Part shown: positions 9,726 through 19,289 of the stretch, piece after piece | How positions within the stretch are numbered: position 1 is the first letter of the stretch | Layout of the letters: every line of letters starts with the position of its first letter | From: Bacteriovoracaceae bacterium | GTDB taxonomy: Bacteria > Bdellovibrionota > Bacteriovoracia > Bacteriovoracales > Bacteriovoracaceae | DNA: 64,000 nt | Assembly (NCBI GenBank): GCA_041586955.1 | Contig: JBFGZE010000003.1 | Location: 1-64,000, forward strand | Direction: 5' to 3' | Position numbers and translations under genes: made by a program | Notes under the pieces: model-generated | Database searches by the model: none | Told to the model about the DNA's origin: nothing | What the model saw: only the letters and a program-made list of their open reading frames with translations

Positions 9726-10850
9726 ATGAGCTTGCTCAAGATATTTGGATTGGTGTGCACAATGATTGTGCCACTTTCCGCTCAAGAATTTTATCATGCC
9801 CCCTATCTCATTTATAAAGACACTCAGGAAATACTTTTAAAGTTAGCGAGTCCAAGAGCTGGTCGTATTCAAGTTCAATTTGGAAAGAATGATCTTGGAT
9901 TTTTTTCTCTTAAAGAAAAAGAATTAATCACTATTAACCTTGGTCCGCGCGATTGTCATAACGAAAAAGAAATTGTGATAAAAGGGAATGGACACGAGTG
10001 GCATGAATTTGTTGAGAAGGCCCCTTGTGATAGCGAGGAACCCCTGCGTTTTGCTTTTATCAGTGATACTCAAGAAAATCGTACGAAACACCAGGATATT
10101 TCCACATTATTAACCAAGCATCATCAGGCCAATCCCTATCAGTTTATTATAAATGGTGGAGATATTGTCGATCAAGGAAATGACATCTCTCAATGGCATC
10201 ATTACCTAGAAGATGGCCACCAGTATATGAAAAATATCCCTCAAGTCGCTGTTATCGGCAATCATGATTATAAAGGCTTTAAAGGCAAGAGACCTGCGCC
10301 CCTCCCCGCTTATTTTAAAAAATACATGCGATGGAAAAATATCCACCCCCTAGGAAATATCGCAATGGCAACATCCCAGGCGATGTTTCTCATCATCAAT
10401 TCAAATTTTAAAATCTTGTCTCCAAAACAAATCAAATGGCAAAAAGATTGGATGGAAGAGCAAATTGCGAGGGCCAAGTCCCAAGGACTCCCCATTATTA
10501 TTGCAACTCACTTTCCTGTATTCTCTTCATCCCTCAATAAATTTTTCAGTAAGAATGTTAAACAATTAAAAAAACTCATTTTACCCTTAGTCAACAAACA
10601 TAATATCAAGGTGGTTCTCTCTGGCCATACTCATATGTATGAGCGCAGTATTCACAAAGGCGTCCATTATATTGTGGCCGGTCCTGCTGGAGGGCAAAAG
10701 AATAGACCGACTTGGAAGAATAAGTTTAAAGTCTTTCTTAATCCCAAGATTCTCACTTTGAGCTCTATTACCATTCAGCAGGGTGTCTTTAATCTAAGAA
10801 CTTATGATCAAAAAGATAATCTGGTTGACCAATTAAAAATACAACTTTAA
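9726..10850 (+). CDS. Exported metallophosphoesterase (purple acid phosphatase-like)
   Basis: Signal peptide; SDTQ, GDIVD, GNHD, GHTH motifs. Confidence 0.85.
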   Translation: MSLLKIFGLVCTMIVPLSAQEFYHAPYLIYKDTQEILLKLASPRAGRIQVQFGKNDLGFFSLKEKELITINLGPRDCHNEKEIVIKGNGHEWHEFVEKAPCDSEEPLRFAFISDTQENRTKHQDISTLLTKHHQANPYQFIINGGDIVDQGNDISQWHHYLEDGHQYMKNIPQVAVIGNHDYKGFKGKRPAPLPAYFKKYMRWKNIHPLGNIAMATSQAMFLIINSNFKILSPKQIKWQKDWMEEQIARAKSQGLPIIIATHFPVFSSSLNKFFSKNVKQLKKLILPLVNKHNIKVVLSGHTHMYERSIHKGVHYIVAGPAGGQKNRPTWKNKFKVFLNPKILTLSSITIQQGVFNLRTYDQKDNLVDQLKIQL

Positions 10851-10870
10851 TTGGTCAACGAGGAAATAGC

Positions 10871-11854
10871 TTATAAAAGTTTTTGAATTCTTTTAAATGA
10901 CTCTGATGTGATTTTTGTGCCGACGTTGGAAAAGCTCCCCGCCATATGATTCATTTGATTAACCCTCTTTTGAGAAGGAGGATGAGTACTCATGGCGTCG
11001 GCAAAGGCCGCCATAATGCCATTTTTCTTCCCCTTATGCTTTTGTTCCATTACTAATAAACGATTATAAAAACGGCCAATATAATCCTTATGATAGCCTG
11101 TCTGTAATGATGTTTTAAAACCAATACGATCCGCTTCCATCTCGTCTTCACGCCCGTTCGCCATAAAAGCAAATTTTTGTATCAAAAGACCTCCACCAGC
11201 ACCGGCGGCGGCTCCATAAGTCATCGCTCTTCTCATACATTCGCGCTCTTGCTTTTGGCACAGAACTTTCCCGAGACCATAACCAGCAGCACCACCTAAA
11301 ATGGCACCTCCAAGGCCAAAGAGAATCCCTTTATTCTTTTCCTTTTTGGCCGTCTCTATTCTCTCAGCAGTGTGCCGGGCCTTCACATGGCCAATCTCAT
11401 GGCCAATAACCCCGGCCAATTCCGCCTCACTCCTGGCCATTTTAATTAATGGTGCGGTGACAAAGACAGTGCCCGCAGGTAGAGCGAAAGCATTCACCAT
11501 TTTGGCGTCGACCACTGCAAATGTGTAATGATAAGGGTTGCCGGCCAAACCATTCGCCTGAACAATATCATTACCAAGAGAAGCGATATAACGCTGGGCC
11601 TTTGCATTACGATGGGTGGGGTATTCTTTCGCCATTTGAGGTAAATATTCCTGTGCCATTCGCCGTTCGTCGGCCACTGTAAGAGATGTTTTCTGACCAG
11701 TATTATCCCCTTCCCTATACCGGCTTTTTTGACCAGTAGCACAACTGGCCAATAAGAGGGGAAGTCCAGTGAGAAAGGTACGCCGACCGGTAGGGGTCGT
11801 CATCAATAAGTGTAATTCATTCCTTAAAAGTTCCAAGGCCTTATTAGATTCCAT
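10871..11854 (-). CDS. M48 family Zn metalloprotease, probable Tat lipoprotein
   Basis: NAFALPAG, HEIGH, EMEAD, STHP motifs; GRRTFL twin-arginine and LASC lipobox; GGAGG RBS. Confidence 0.88.
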   Translation of the reverse strand: MESNKALELLRNELHLLMTTPTGRRTFLTGLPLLLASCATGQKSRYREGDNTGQKTSLTVADERRMAQEYLPQMAKEYPTHRNAKAQRYIASLGNDIVQANGLAGNPYHYTFAVVDAKMVNAFALPAGTVFVTAPLIKMARSEAELAGVIGHEIGHVKARHTAERIETAKKEKNKGILFGLGGAILGGAAGYGLGKVLCQKQERECMRRAMTYGAAAGAGGGLLIQKFAFMANGREDEMEADRIGFKTSLQTGYHKDYIGRFYNRLLVMEQKHKGKKNGIMAAFADAMSTHPPSQKRVNQMNHMAGSFSNVGTKITSESFKRIQKLL

Positions 11855-12026
11855 GGCCACCTCCTATTTCTTTTCTCCTATTGTAATAAAATCGCCAATT
11901 AACGCAAATCAAGAGCATCCGAGCAAAACTTTAATCAATATAATAAAGTTTCTCATGCCTCAACAAATAAGGCAGGCCGATTTCTAATTGGCAAGTTCCG
12001 CCATTAAAAGTGGAACCTAAGTTCAA

Positions 12027-12257
12027 CTAAAAACTGCTTTTTCTTAATATAAGGATGGCCCCCAATGCCGGGTAAAGAGTCATAGGGCTGCTCACCGCCG
12101 TTATAAAAGCATCACTAATTTGGTCACGCGATAAGATATAAGACTTCTCTCCCCATGCTTTACCGGGCCTGTTGGTACTAACTCCTATTAAAATGAAAAG
12201 AAAAAAGACCTGCTTCACTTTAACGACCTTTGATACACTGATATTAATGGCCGCCAT
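12027..12257 (-). pseudogene. Possible truncated gene fragment
   Basis: Hydrophobic leader then GKAWGE...TAVSSPMTLYPALGA, reminiscent from memory of N-termini of PAP2-like proteins; stops after 76 aa. Confidence 0.25.
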
Positions 12258-12314
12258 AAAAATAGCATTAATTTAGATTTCTAGATAGCTCAACGCTTAT
12301 CTCAAATCATTGGA

Positions 12315-12464
12315 CTAGTTTCTTGATAAACGATGAATTGATTGCTTTTTAAAAGATAATTTAACTGGTGGTGAATAATGCGTATCGTCGCCCAAGACTT
12401 CCCCCATCAAAATAAGAAAGAACCCTAATAATAAAATGGAGTATTGGTAGCAGGCCTTATTCAT
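12315..12464 (-). CDS. Small 49-aa protein with N-terminal hydrophobic segment (not in ORF track)
   Basis: AAGGAG RBS; MNKACYQYSILLLGFFLILMGEVLGDDTHYSPPVKLSFKKQSIHRLSRN; sigma54-like site upstream. Confidence 0.5.
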   Translation of the reverse strand: MNKACYQYSILLLGFFLILMGEVLGDDTHYSPPVKLSFKKQSIHRLSRN

Positions 12465-12514
12465 TATCGCTCCTTGATTACATAATACTCAATCCTCGAG
12501 TACACCCCTCTATG

Positions 12515-12530
12515 TACAAACAGAGTGCCA
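12515..12530 (-). promoter_or_regulatory. Candidate sigma54 promoter
   Basis: TGGCAC-TCTGT-TTGTA, one mismatch to TGGCAC-N5-TTGCA (at the -12 C); imperfect dyad TGTCTCATTTTAGATA at 12591-12606. Confidence 0.4.
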
Positions 12531-12730
12531 AAGCTTACTTAGTAATTACAGAACCTTGGCCCATTCTATACTGATAAAAACTTACACAGATGTCTCATTT
12601 TAGATAATCAATTCGACTGTAAACTCACATATCCTCAAAAATATAAATTTTTTCTATTGAGATTTATTTCTCAATGACCCACAATACTAAACTTGATATC
12701 GAGTCCTTAAACTTTTTAATAAGGTCAAAA

Positions 12731-14536
12731 ATGAAATCAATCACCATTCTACCTTTCCTGGTTTTTGTCTTTTTTCAGCTCCATGCTGCCCCTCTTGTGG
12801 AATTTAATCAAATTCTTCCTAAGCACGGTGTCGTATGGAATAGCAAAACCCCAAGTTTTTATACAGGTTTTGCCATGCGAGTTGAGGCCCCTCATCGCCT
12901 TCATTTTCGGATGGCCCGGGGAAATGTCCTTAGACTGACGGCCATTCTCGATGATTTGGCAGTCATGACCTACCCCTATCAATTACTAAAGAGGGCCACC
13001 GTTTATAAAGATATTCAAAACCAAGGACTTATTCAAAAGAAATACATCGATACCCTTTCACAATACCAATCCATCGTATCGGGCGATTATTATGGAATAC
13101 AGGCAATGACCTCTCAATTTGAAAGAGGAAAATTAACCAAGGCGCAACTTTACCAAAAATCTTTAAACCTCCTGGCAGCACTTAACCCGGGAAGAGTTTT
13201 TCCCATGAAGTTCTCCTTCCAAAATTTACTAGAAAATTGGAAAGCTCCATTATCCCAATTTTTGGCCCAGTATAAACTCAGTGAAACATCGTCCAAGGAT
13301 AGTTTATTACGTATATTTTCTAAGAATCCCAAAGACACATTATGGCTGATTGAACAATTTCTCCCTGGCCGAATCAATTCCACTCATACCTCTAAGCACA
13401 CACAATTGGCCCTGGCCCAATTAATCACCTCTCTAGGTACCGACCAATCACTAACTCAGGCAAAAAACTTTTTTATCAAAGCAACTGGAGTAAAGTATCA
13501 ATTTCAAACTGCGATTGGTGGCACTTGGAAAAATGCCCTCACCTGCACCAACAATGATTGTTTTCTTGAGTATTATGAATTTACTGCTGTTTACCCCGTA
13601 GGTACGGCCGCCTCTTATACCAAGGACCGCGACGGCAACTCAATTGGCAAGATTAGAACATTGGGCGCACGTTATTTCGTCGACAATCAAGACCAAGGTC
13701 ATGATGTAGACAATATCCGCTCTAAATCCTATTATGGCTGGGCACCTAAAATGGATTACCAGACCAATGGCAACGGCATCCATAACCCAGCTGTGCTATT
13801 ACGACTGCGCTCAGAAAAAAACTTTGATCTTTATAAAGAGTTAAAAATCGATAAAGATTATAAATATTTATGGTCACCTGCACGGGGTGGTGTGTCCCGC
13901 GGTTGTATCCGGATGGGCCTGGGTCATTTATGGGAAGTTCGCCACATTTTTCCAACTAGTAATCAATATTTGAAAGCTGTTCGCTACTTCGGCAATGACT
14001 CTCGTGATTACGATGTTTTTGATATTAATGGCGATGGACAATTAGAAGTCATGGGAAGTCCTTACTTCATTGCCTATTCTCTTATGGGCGATGATGATGA
14101 TTCTCGTTATCAAGGAAAAGAGCTGACAAAAGAATCTTTTAATCGCCTGCCCTTTTATAAAAAGCTCTATGGTTTAGGTCAATACTATATCGAGGGAAAT
14201 AAATTAATATTTAAAAAGGCCTTCCAATCTTTTTTTCAATCTTCTCGACCCAACAATAAAGCGAAGCCTTTTTCTAAAAGGTCCGCAAAAAATATACCTC
14301 TCTATGAACAAGATTATGAGAAAGAAAAGGTTCAGTTTTATCGTTTAAGAGATATTAAAGAAAAGAACATTCTTAAACCCAAAAAAAATACTCGTAACCC
14401 AATAAAACAATTTATTCGTGTACTCGGCCGTATCAATGGCTGCGGACCTTTTCACAATAATCCTAGCTGTCAAGAAAAGGCCTTTGATAATGAATACTAT
14501 CAACTCATTCAAGAAGTTAAGAGGAAACAGAAGTAA
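12731..14536 (+). CDS. Exported protein with a divergent L,D-transpeptidase (YkuD)-like catalytic motif
   Basis: Signal peptide MKSITILPFLVFVFFQLHA; GIHNP...SRGCIRM; DINGDG Ca-binding-type motif. Confidence 0.55.
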   Translation: MKSITILPFLVFVFFQLHAAPLVEFNQILPKHGVVWNSKTPSFYTGFAMRVEAPHRLHFRMARGNVLRLTAILDDLAVMTYPYQLLKRATVYKDIQNQGLIQKKYIDTLSQYQSIVSGDYYGIQAMTSQFERGKLTKAQLYQKSLNLLAALNPGRVFPMKFSFQNLLENWKAPLSQFLAQYKLSETSSKDSLLRIFSKNPKDTLWLIEQFLPGRINSTHTSKHTQLALAQLITSLGTDQSLTQAKNFFIKATGVKYQFQTAIGGTWKNALTCTNNDCFLEYYEFTAVYPVGTAASYTKDRDGNSIGKIRTLGARYFVDNQDQGHDVDNIRSKSYYGWAPKMDYQTNGNGIHNPAVLLRLRSEKNFDLYKELKIDKDYKYLWSPARGGVSRGCIRMGLGHLWEVRHIFPTSNQYLKAVRYFGNDSRDYDVFDINGDGQLEVMGSPYFIAYSLMGDDDDSRYQGKELTKESFNRLPFYKKLYGLGQYYIEGNKLIFKKAFQSFFQSSRPNNKAKPFSKRSAKNIPLYEQDYEKEKVQFYRLRDIKEKNILKPKKNTRNPIKQFIRVLGRINGCGPFHNNPSCQEKAFDNEYYQLIQEVKRKQK

Positions 14537-14553
14537 GGACAGCAGGAGCTACT

Positions 14554-17406
14554 ATGAAATTATACGCCACCTTTTTCCTATTATTGGTTATTTTAATAAA
14601 CACCTCTACCTATAGTAAAACATACGACAATCGTGCGAAAGAAAGGATCAGTAAAATTATAAAAAAAATGAAGGGTCGAAAAAAGGGTCCTTTTTCTAAA
14701 AATTTTTACCAAGGGGTTGGTGGACGTGCACGAGTTGGCTCGTCACTCGGCAATGTCAGAAGAGCACCACAAAAAATACGTCCGATTCTGTTTACCTCGG
14801 CCTTTCGCAATAAATATTCTGAAGAGTTGGCCAAGGATTATCATATTTATACCGGCAATTTGTTTACCACTAATTATTATGAGCTCTATGGCCAATCACA
14901 CTTAGTGACGGGACGTCAGGTTAGAAAAAATGCCTTCCCTATCAATATGGACAAATTTAATTCCCAAAGCCAATTATTACCTAAGGCCCAATATATTCTT
15001 ATTCAAATGATGATGGAGCAATTTTTCACTCGAGAGAACCCCTCTCATTTTTTGGCCACTTCGCGCCTTATCCGTGGTATATCGGGTATCGAAGATGAGT
15101 CCCAATACTTTGAATATTTTTGTCAATACTTTGCCGCTCAAATAAAAAATGATCGCGATTACTTCCTCCTCTATGAATTGATTCGTCGTTATGACCTCAA
15201 TGGCCAAGATCAAGAGGAAGAAACAGATATAAAGGAATTACGAGACAAGGTTTCTATTCTCGCTGCAAAAATAATGGAATGGCAAGGCAAAAATAGCAGT
15301 ATGTATGGCCGCTTCTTCGCCATTCGCAATAAGGTTCATAATCAATTAGACAGTGATGTTCTTAAACGCTTTGCCGAGTTTGACAAACGTTATAAAGAGA
15401 GTATGAGACAGGCCCCCTTTTATCGCCTTTACCAAACATTTCACACAAAATTAATCCGCTATTTTGAAATCGATTTAAAGAAACTCACCCATACTGCAAA
15501 AAAGCTCTACCCAATTTTACCCAAGGAGATCATTCGCTTCTTTAATGAAATCAAAGGTCGTCCTCTCGATCCTGAGACTCTATACGAACTATCCCAAACG
15601 GCAGTCGAATTAAGAGCATTTTTCTTTGAAGAGCGCAATCCTAAAATTGTCCAATTGGTAAAGAAGATTCAAGATTTTAGCGGTCAGATACAGGCCAATT
15701 TTAATAAGGAAGAAAAATTATCTCCCCTTCTCCTTAAATCATCGCTTAGTCTGGCATATGCCCAAGGTTTAATCAATCATAAGATATTTACTCAGGCGAA
15801 AGAAGAAATTGATACTCAAAATTTTCAAAGTGAACAATTGGAAACTCCTATTTGGTCGGCAGATCAGACCCTACGCAAAACATTTACAGATGGTATAGAG
15901 ACCTGGACAATTTTTTCAAGTAAAATGAAAGGCTTCATTGACGATACTCTTCGTAGCTCGGGCATGAATGCCTACGCCAATACTCTTCAGAAAATTAAAG
16001 AGGAGCAAAGTTCTGTTTCACATCCCAATGATTCAGAGTTCACCATTATGAATAAAGGAACCTGTTATGGTTACCTCACATATCTGGATAAAAATGATAT
16101 TCTAACGGAAACGGAAAGCTATAAAGAGCTCAATAAGAAATCCCTTCCTATTTTTGAAATTCTTCCCTTAGACCTTACCGTGGTAGCAGGGATTATTACA
16201 ATTGAGGGACAAACTCCCCTAAGTCACGTTAATATCAAATCAAAAGCGCGTGGGACTCCCAATCTCGTTTACCCAAAGATTATGAATAACTCCCGCCTTC
16301 AAAAGCTTATCAAGAATAATGCCCTCGTTAGCATGACTTTAAAAAATGGCAAAGTTTCCATTCAAAAAGCGACTCTTGCCGAGGCACAAGACTTTTGGTC
16401 GGGAACCTCCCGGCCAACTCAAGTGCGCTTATTTTCTGACTTAGAGGAAACGAGAATACGATCAACTACGCAAGTGCGCTCAAGCGACGTTCACACAATT
16501 GGCGCCAAAGCAGCAAATTATGGCGAATTACAAAAGGTCCTCGGTCCCCGCGTCGTCCTTGAGGGGATTACCATTCCCTTTTATTATTACCAACAATTTC
16601 TTGAGGAAAATGGCATTGATCAAAAAATTGAAGCTTTTCTTAGTCATCCGAGTTTATCAAAAGATCGCGTTATAGAAATCGCCGAACTTAAAAAAATTAA
16701 AAAGTCCTATAAAAAAGGAGTCGTCAATCCTTCCTTAATAAATGCCATTAGTGAAAAGTTAAATCTCATGTACCCCAATCGCAAGATGAGATTTAGAAGC
16801 TCAACGAACTCAGAAGATCTACCACAGTTTTCCGGTGCCGGTCTTTACGATTCGACTAGCTATTTACCAGGGGATCAAAAGAAAACGATTGCCCGCGCCT
16901 TGAAAAAAATATGGGCCTCAGTTTGGAATTTACGCGCTTTTGATGAACGCAATTTCTTCAATATTTCTCATCGCGATGTTTACGTTGGTATACTCGTCAA
17001 CCCGGCCTTCCCCCAAGAAGAGGCCAACGGGGTTGTTGTCACTCGTAATATTGTGCAAACAAATGGGAAAAATGGTTTTTACCTGAACCTCCAAATAGGT
17101 GAAGAATCTGTCACTAATCCTAGTGGAACAACTAGGCCTGAAGAAATTCTCATCTATCCCCAGGAGAATGGCTTCTCAGTCGATTTCATTAAATACTCCA
17201 CACTATCTCCCAATTTACCAATCCTCCAAGTCAAGGAATACCAAACTCTAGGATTATATTTACAAAAGGCCCATGACCATTTTAAAAAGGTCATGGATCC
17301 AGATAATCTGGACCCTTCATTTTCTTTAGATTTAGAATTTAAGGTCGATGATTTTTCAGGTCAAAGACGAGTCTATTTCAAACAGGCCCGTCCTTACGTG
17401 CAATAG
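14554..17406 (+). CDS. Exported PEP synthase/PPDK-type ATP-grasp dikinase-like protein
   Basis: Signal peptide; QTPLSHVNI phospho-His motif; GAKAANYGEL, RSSTNSEDL...GAGLYDS, DLEFK, KQARP; no PEP-binding barrel. Confidence 0.8.
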   Translation: MKLYATFFLLLVILINTSTYSKTYDNRAKERISKIIKKMKGRKKGPFSKNFYQGVGGRARVGSSLGNVRRAPQKIRPILFTSAFRNKYSEELAKDYHIYTGNLFTTNYYELYGQSHLVTGRQVRKNAFPINMDKFNSQSQLLPKAQYILIQMMMEQFFTRENPSHFLATSRLIRGISGIEDESQYFEYFCQYFAAQIKNDRDYFLLYELIRRYDLNGQDQEEETDIKELRDKVSILAAKIMEWQGKNSSMYGRFFAIRNKVHNQLDSDVLKRFAEFDKRYKESMRQAPFYRLYQTFHTKLIRYFEIDLKKLTHTAKKLYPILPKEIIRFFNEIKGRPLDPETLYELSQTAVELRAFFFEERNPKIVQLVKKIQDFSGQIQANFNKEEKLSPLLLKSSLSLAYAQGLINHKIFTQAKEEIDTQNFQSEQLETPIWSADQTLRKTFTDGIETWTIFSSKMKGFIDDTLRSSGMNAYANTLQKIKEEQSSVSHPNDSEFTIMNKGTCYGYLTYLDKNDILTETESYKELNKKSLPIFEILPLDLTVVAGIITIEGQTPLSHVNIKSKARGTPNLVYPKIMNNSRLQKLIKNNALVSMTLKNGKVSIQKATLAEAQDFWSGTSRPTQVRLFSDLEETRIRSTTQVRSSDVHTIGAKAANYGELQKVLGPRVVLEGITIPFYYYQQFLEENGIDQKIEAFLSHPSLSKDRVIEIAELKKIKKSYKKGVVNPSLINAISEKLNLMYPNRKMRFRSSTNSEDLPQFSGAGLYDSTSYLPGDQKKTIARALKKIWASVWNLRAFDERNFFNISHRDVYVGILVNPAFPQEEANGVVVTRNIVQTNGKNGFYLNLQIGEESVTNPSGTTRPEEILIYPQENGFSVDFIKYSTLSPNLPILQVKEYQTLGLYLQKAHDHFKKVMDPDNLDPSFSLDLEFKVDDFSGQRRVYFKQARPYVQ

Positions 17407-17409
17407 AAA

Positions 17410-18441
17410 TTATTCCAGCTCGAAATGAGCTGGAACTTTCATAAGATCACTAATCACTTCGCGCGGATCACTATCTTCATAGAGAACACTATAGACGCCT
17501 CCAAAAATACGCGCCTTAATATCATAGCGCTCTGCAATCAATTGGGCGGCCCGGGTCGTTTTATACCCTTCAACCACGGAGCGTTGGGATTCAATAATCT
17601 CTAAGGCCTTACGCCCTTTGGCCATTTCTAAACCAAAAATTTTATTACGAGATAGACCACCTGTAGTGGTTAAAATGAGGTCGCCCATTCCAGAGAGGCC
17701 ATAAAAAGTTTCTGGCCGTGCATTAAAAACGCGTCCAAATCGTAACATTTCTGCAATACCACGGGCGATCATCGCTGCTCGAGTATTATGATTATATCCC
17801 AATCCCTCGATGATTCCGCCGGCAATGGCCAAAATATTCTTAAGCGCCCCTCCAAGAAGAACGCCCTTCACATCATAACTCCCAAGCGCTTTAAAAGATG
17901 GAGTTTCTAGCATGGTAGAAACCGTCTCAATTACCGATTTACTACGACCTGCTAAAGTGACAAGGGTAATTTGACCTTCGATGATTTCTTTAGCGAAGCT
18001 TGGCCCAGAAAGAAAGGTAAAAAGATCTTTATGATGGGGCCAATAATCGAAAAAAAGATCATCGGCCAGTTCTAAAGATTCGGGATCAATCCCTTTAGAA
18101 AGGGAGACCAGCGGAATTTCTTTGGAAAAATATCTATCAAAGCGGTCGAAATGTTCTTTAAAATAACTAGAAATGGCAGCGGTAGGTAGACCGGAAACAA
18201 TGAGTTTTGGATCTCCACCCATCAATTCGTCAGTTTCTTCCCAGGTCAAAGCGGGAATAATATTATTAGGAATATCAAGGCCAGGTAAATAGACCTCATT
18301 TTTTCCTTTAAGAATAGAGTTATAAACATCTTCAGATCGGACCTTTAGAATAACTTTTTCAAAATTATTGGCCAATACTGAGGCGATACTAGTTCCAAAT
18401 GCCCCAGCTGCGATGACTAGGGCCTTACCTTCTTTTGCCAT
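17410..18441 (-). CDS. gpsA: NAD(P)H-dependent glycerol-3-phosphate dehydrogenase
   Basis: AGAFGT, SKGI, SGPSFA, GGALKNILAIA, GLSGMGDLILT, SRN motifs. Confidence 0.95.
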   Translation of the reverse strand: MAKEGKALVIAAGAFGTSIASVLANNFEKVILKVRSEDVYNSILKGKNEVYLPGLDIPNNIIPALTWEETDELMGGDPKLIVSGLPTAAISSYFKEHFDRFDRYFSKEIPLVSLSKGIDPESLELADDLFFDYWPHHKDLFTFLSGPSFAKEIIEGQITLVTLAGRSKSVIETVSTMLETPSFKALGSYDVKGVLLGGALKNILAIAGGIIEGLGYNHNTRAAMIARGIAEMLRFGRVFNARPETFYGLSGMGDLILTTTGGLSRNKIFGLEMAKGRKALEIIESQRSVVEGYKTTRAAQLIAERYDIKARIFGGVYSVLYEDSDPREVISDLMKVPAHFELE

Positions 18442-18451
18442 TTTAGGCTCC

Positions 18452-18721
18452 TTATAAGGAAATAACACCATCAATAACGGCCACTCTCATATACATACGA
18501 ATCACCTCTTCAGCACTCGCAACTGTCTTTTTAATAGTAACACTAATATACTTACCTGTCCGTGACGGCTTAGAACTCGCCTGGCAATCAACAAATAAAG
18601 TAACTAATTGAGGGTATTTATCGTTTGGGACAATAAATTTAAAAGTATATTCTGCCGGCCAGTCATAGGTATCATTTAATAATGATATAAATTTTTTATT
18701 ATCTTTAGGTTCATTTGCCAT
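18452..18721 (-). CDS. DUF493 (YbeD-like) protein
   Basis: WPAEYTFKFIVP and SRTGKYISVTI motifs. Confidence 0.85.
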   Translation of the reverse strand: MANEPKDNKKFISLLNDTYDWPAEYTFKFIVPNDKYPQLVTLFVDCQASSKPSRTGKYISVTIKKTVASAEEVIRMYMRVAVIDGVISL

Positions 18722-18731
18722 GGGAATCCCT

Positions 18732-19289
18732 TTATTCAAAATCTGGTATTGATGGCCTAATACCCTTTACTTCTCTGAGGATGTCTATGACTTCTCGAAC
18801 ACAACCCATCCCCGCGTTTCTCTGAGTAATATAATCGCAAACGCTATGAACTTCACCACTCGCATGAGGGACGGTTGCCGCAAATCCGGCCCTTTTTAGT
18901 AAAGGGATATCAAAAAGCTCATCCCCCATATAAAGGATTTCGCTGGCATCATAACCTTCACTTTCGATTTTTAAAAAGGCGTGACGCTTGTCCTCATTTC
19001 CCATATGAATAAAATCGAGAGGGAGATTTTCCTGAAACCGTTTAAGTACGGAAAGAGAATTACCGCCAGTCACGACACCAACCTTAATGCCTGCTTGCAT
19101 CAGAAGAAGCATGCCATAACCATCATTAACATTAAAGGCCCGGTTAAAACCGATGTCCTCGCCATCCCAGTGAATCAGACCACGAGTTAAAATACCATCA
19201 ACATCAAAAGCACATACTTTGATGTTCTTCAATTGTGATTCAAACCTCTGGGCCAATTCTTTTATATTATTCACCTGTAACAACCTCAT
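18732..19289 (-). CDS. kdsC: KDO 8-phosphate phosphatase
   Basis: FDVDGILT, FNVNDGYG, YMGDELFD; kds gene context. Confidence 0.92.
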   Translation of the reverse strand: MRLLQVNNIKELAQRFESQLKNIKVCAFDVDGILTRGLIHWDGEDIGFNRAFNVNDGYGMLLLMQAGIKVGVVTGGNSLSVLKRFQENLPLDFIHMGNEDKRHAFLKIESEGYDASEILYMGDELFDIPLLKRAGFAATVPHASGEVHSVCDYITQRNAGMGCVREVIDILREVKGIRPSIPDFE

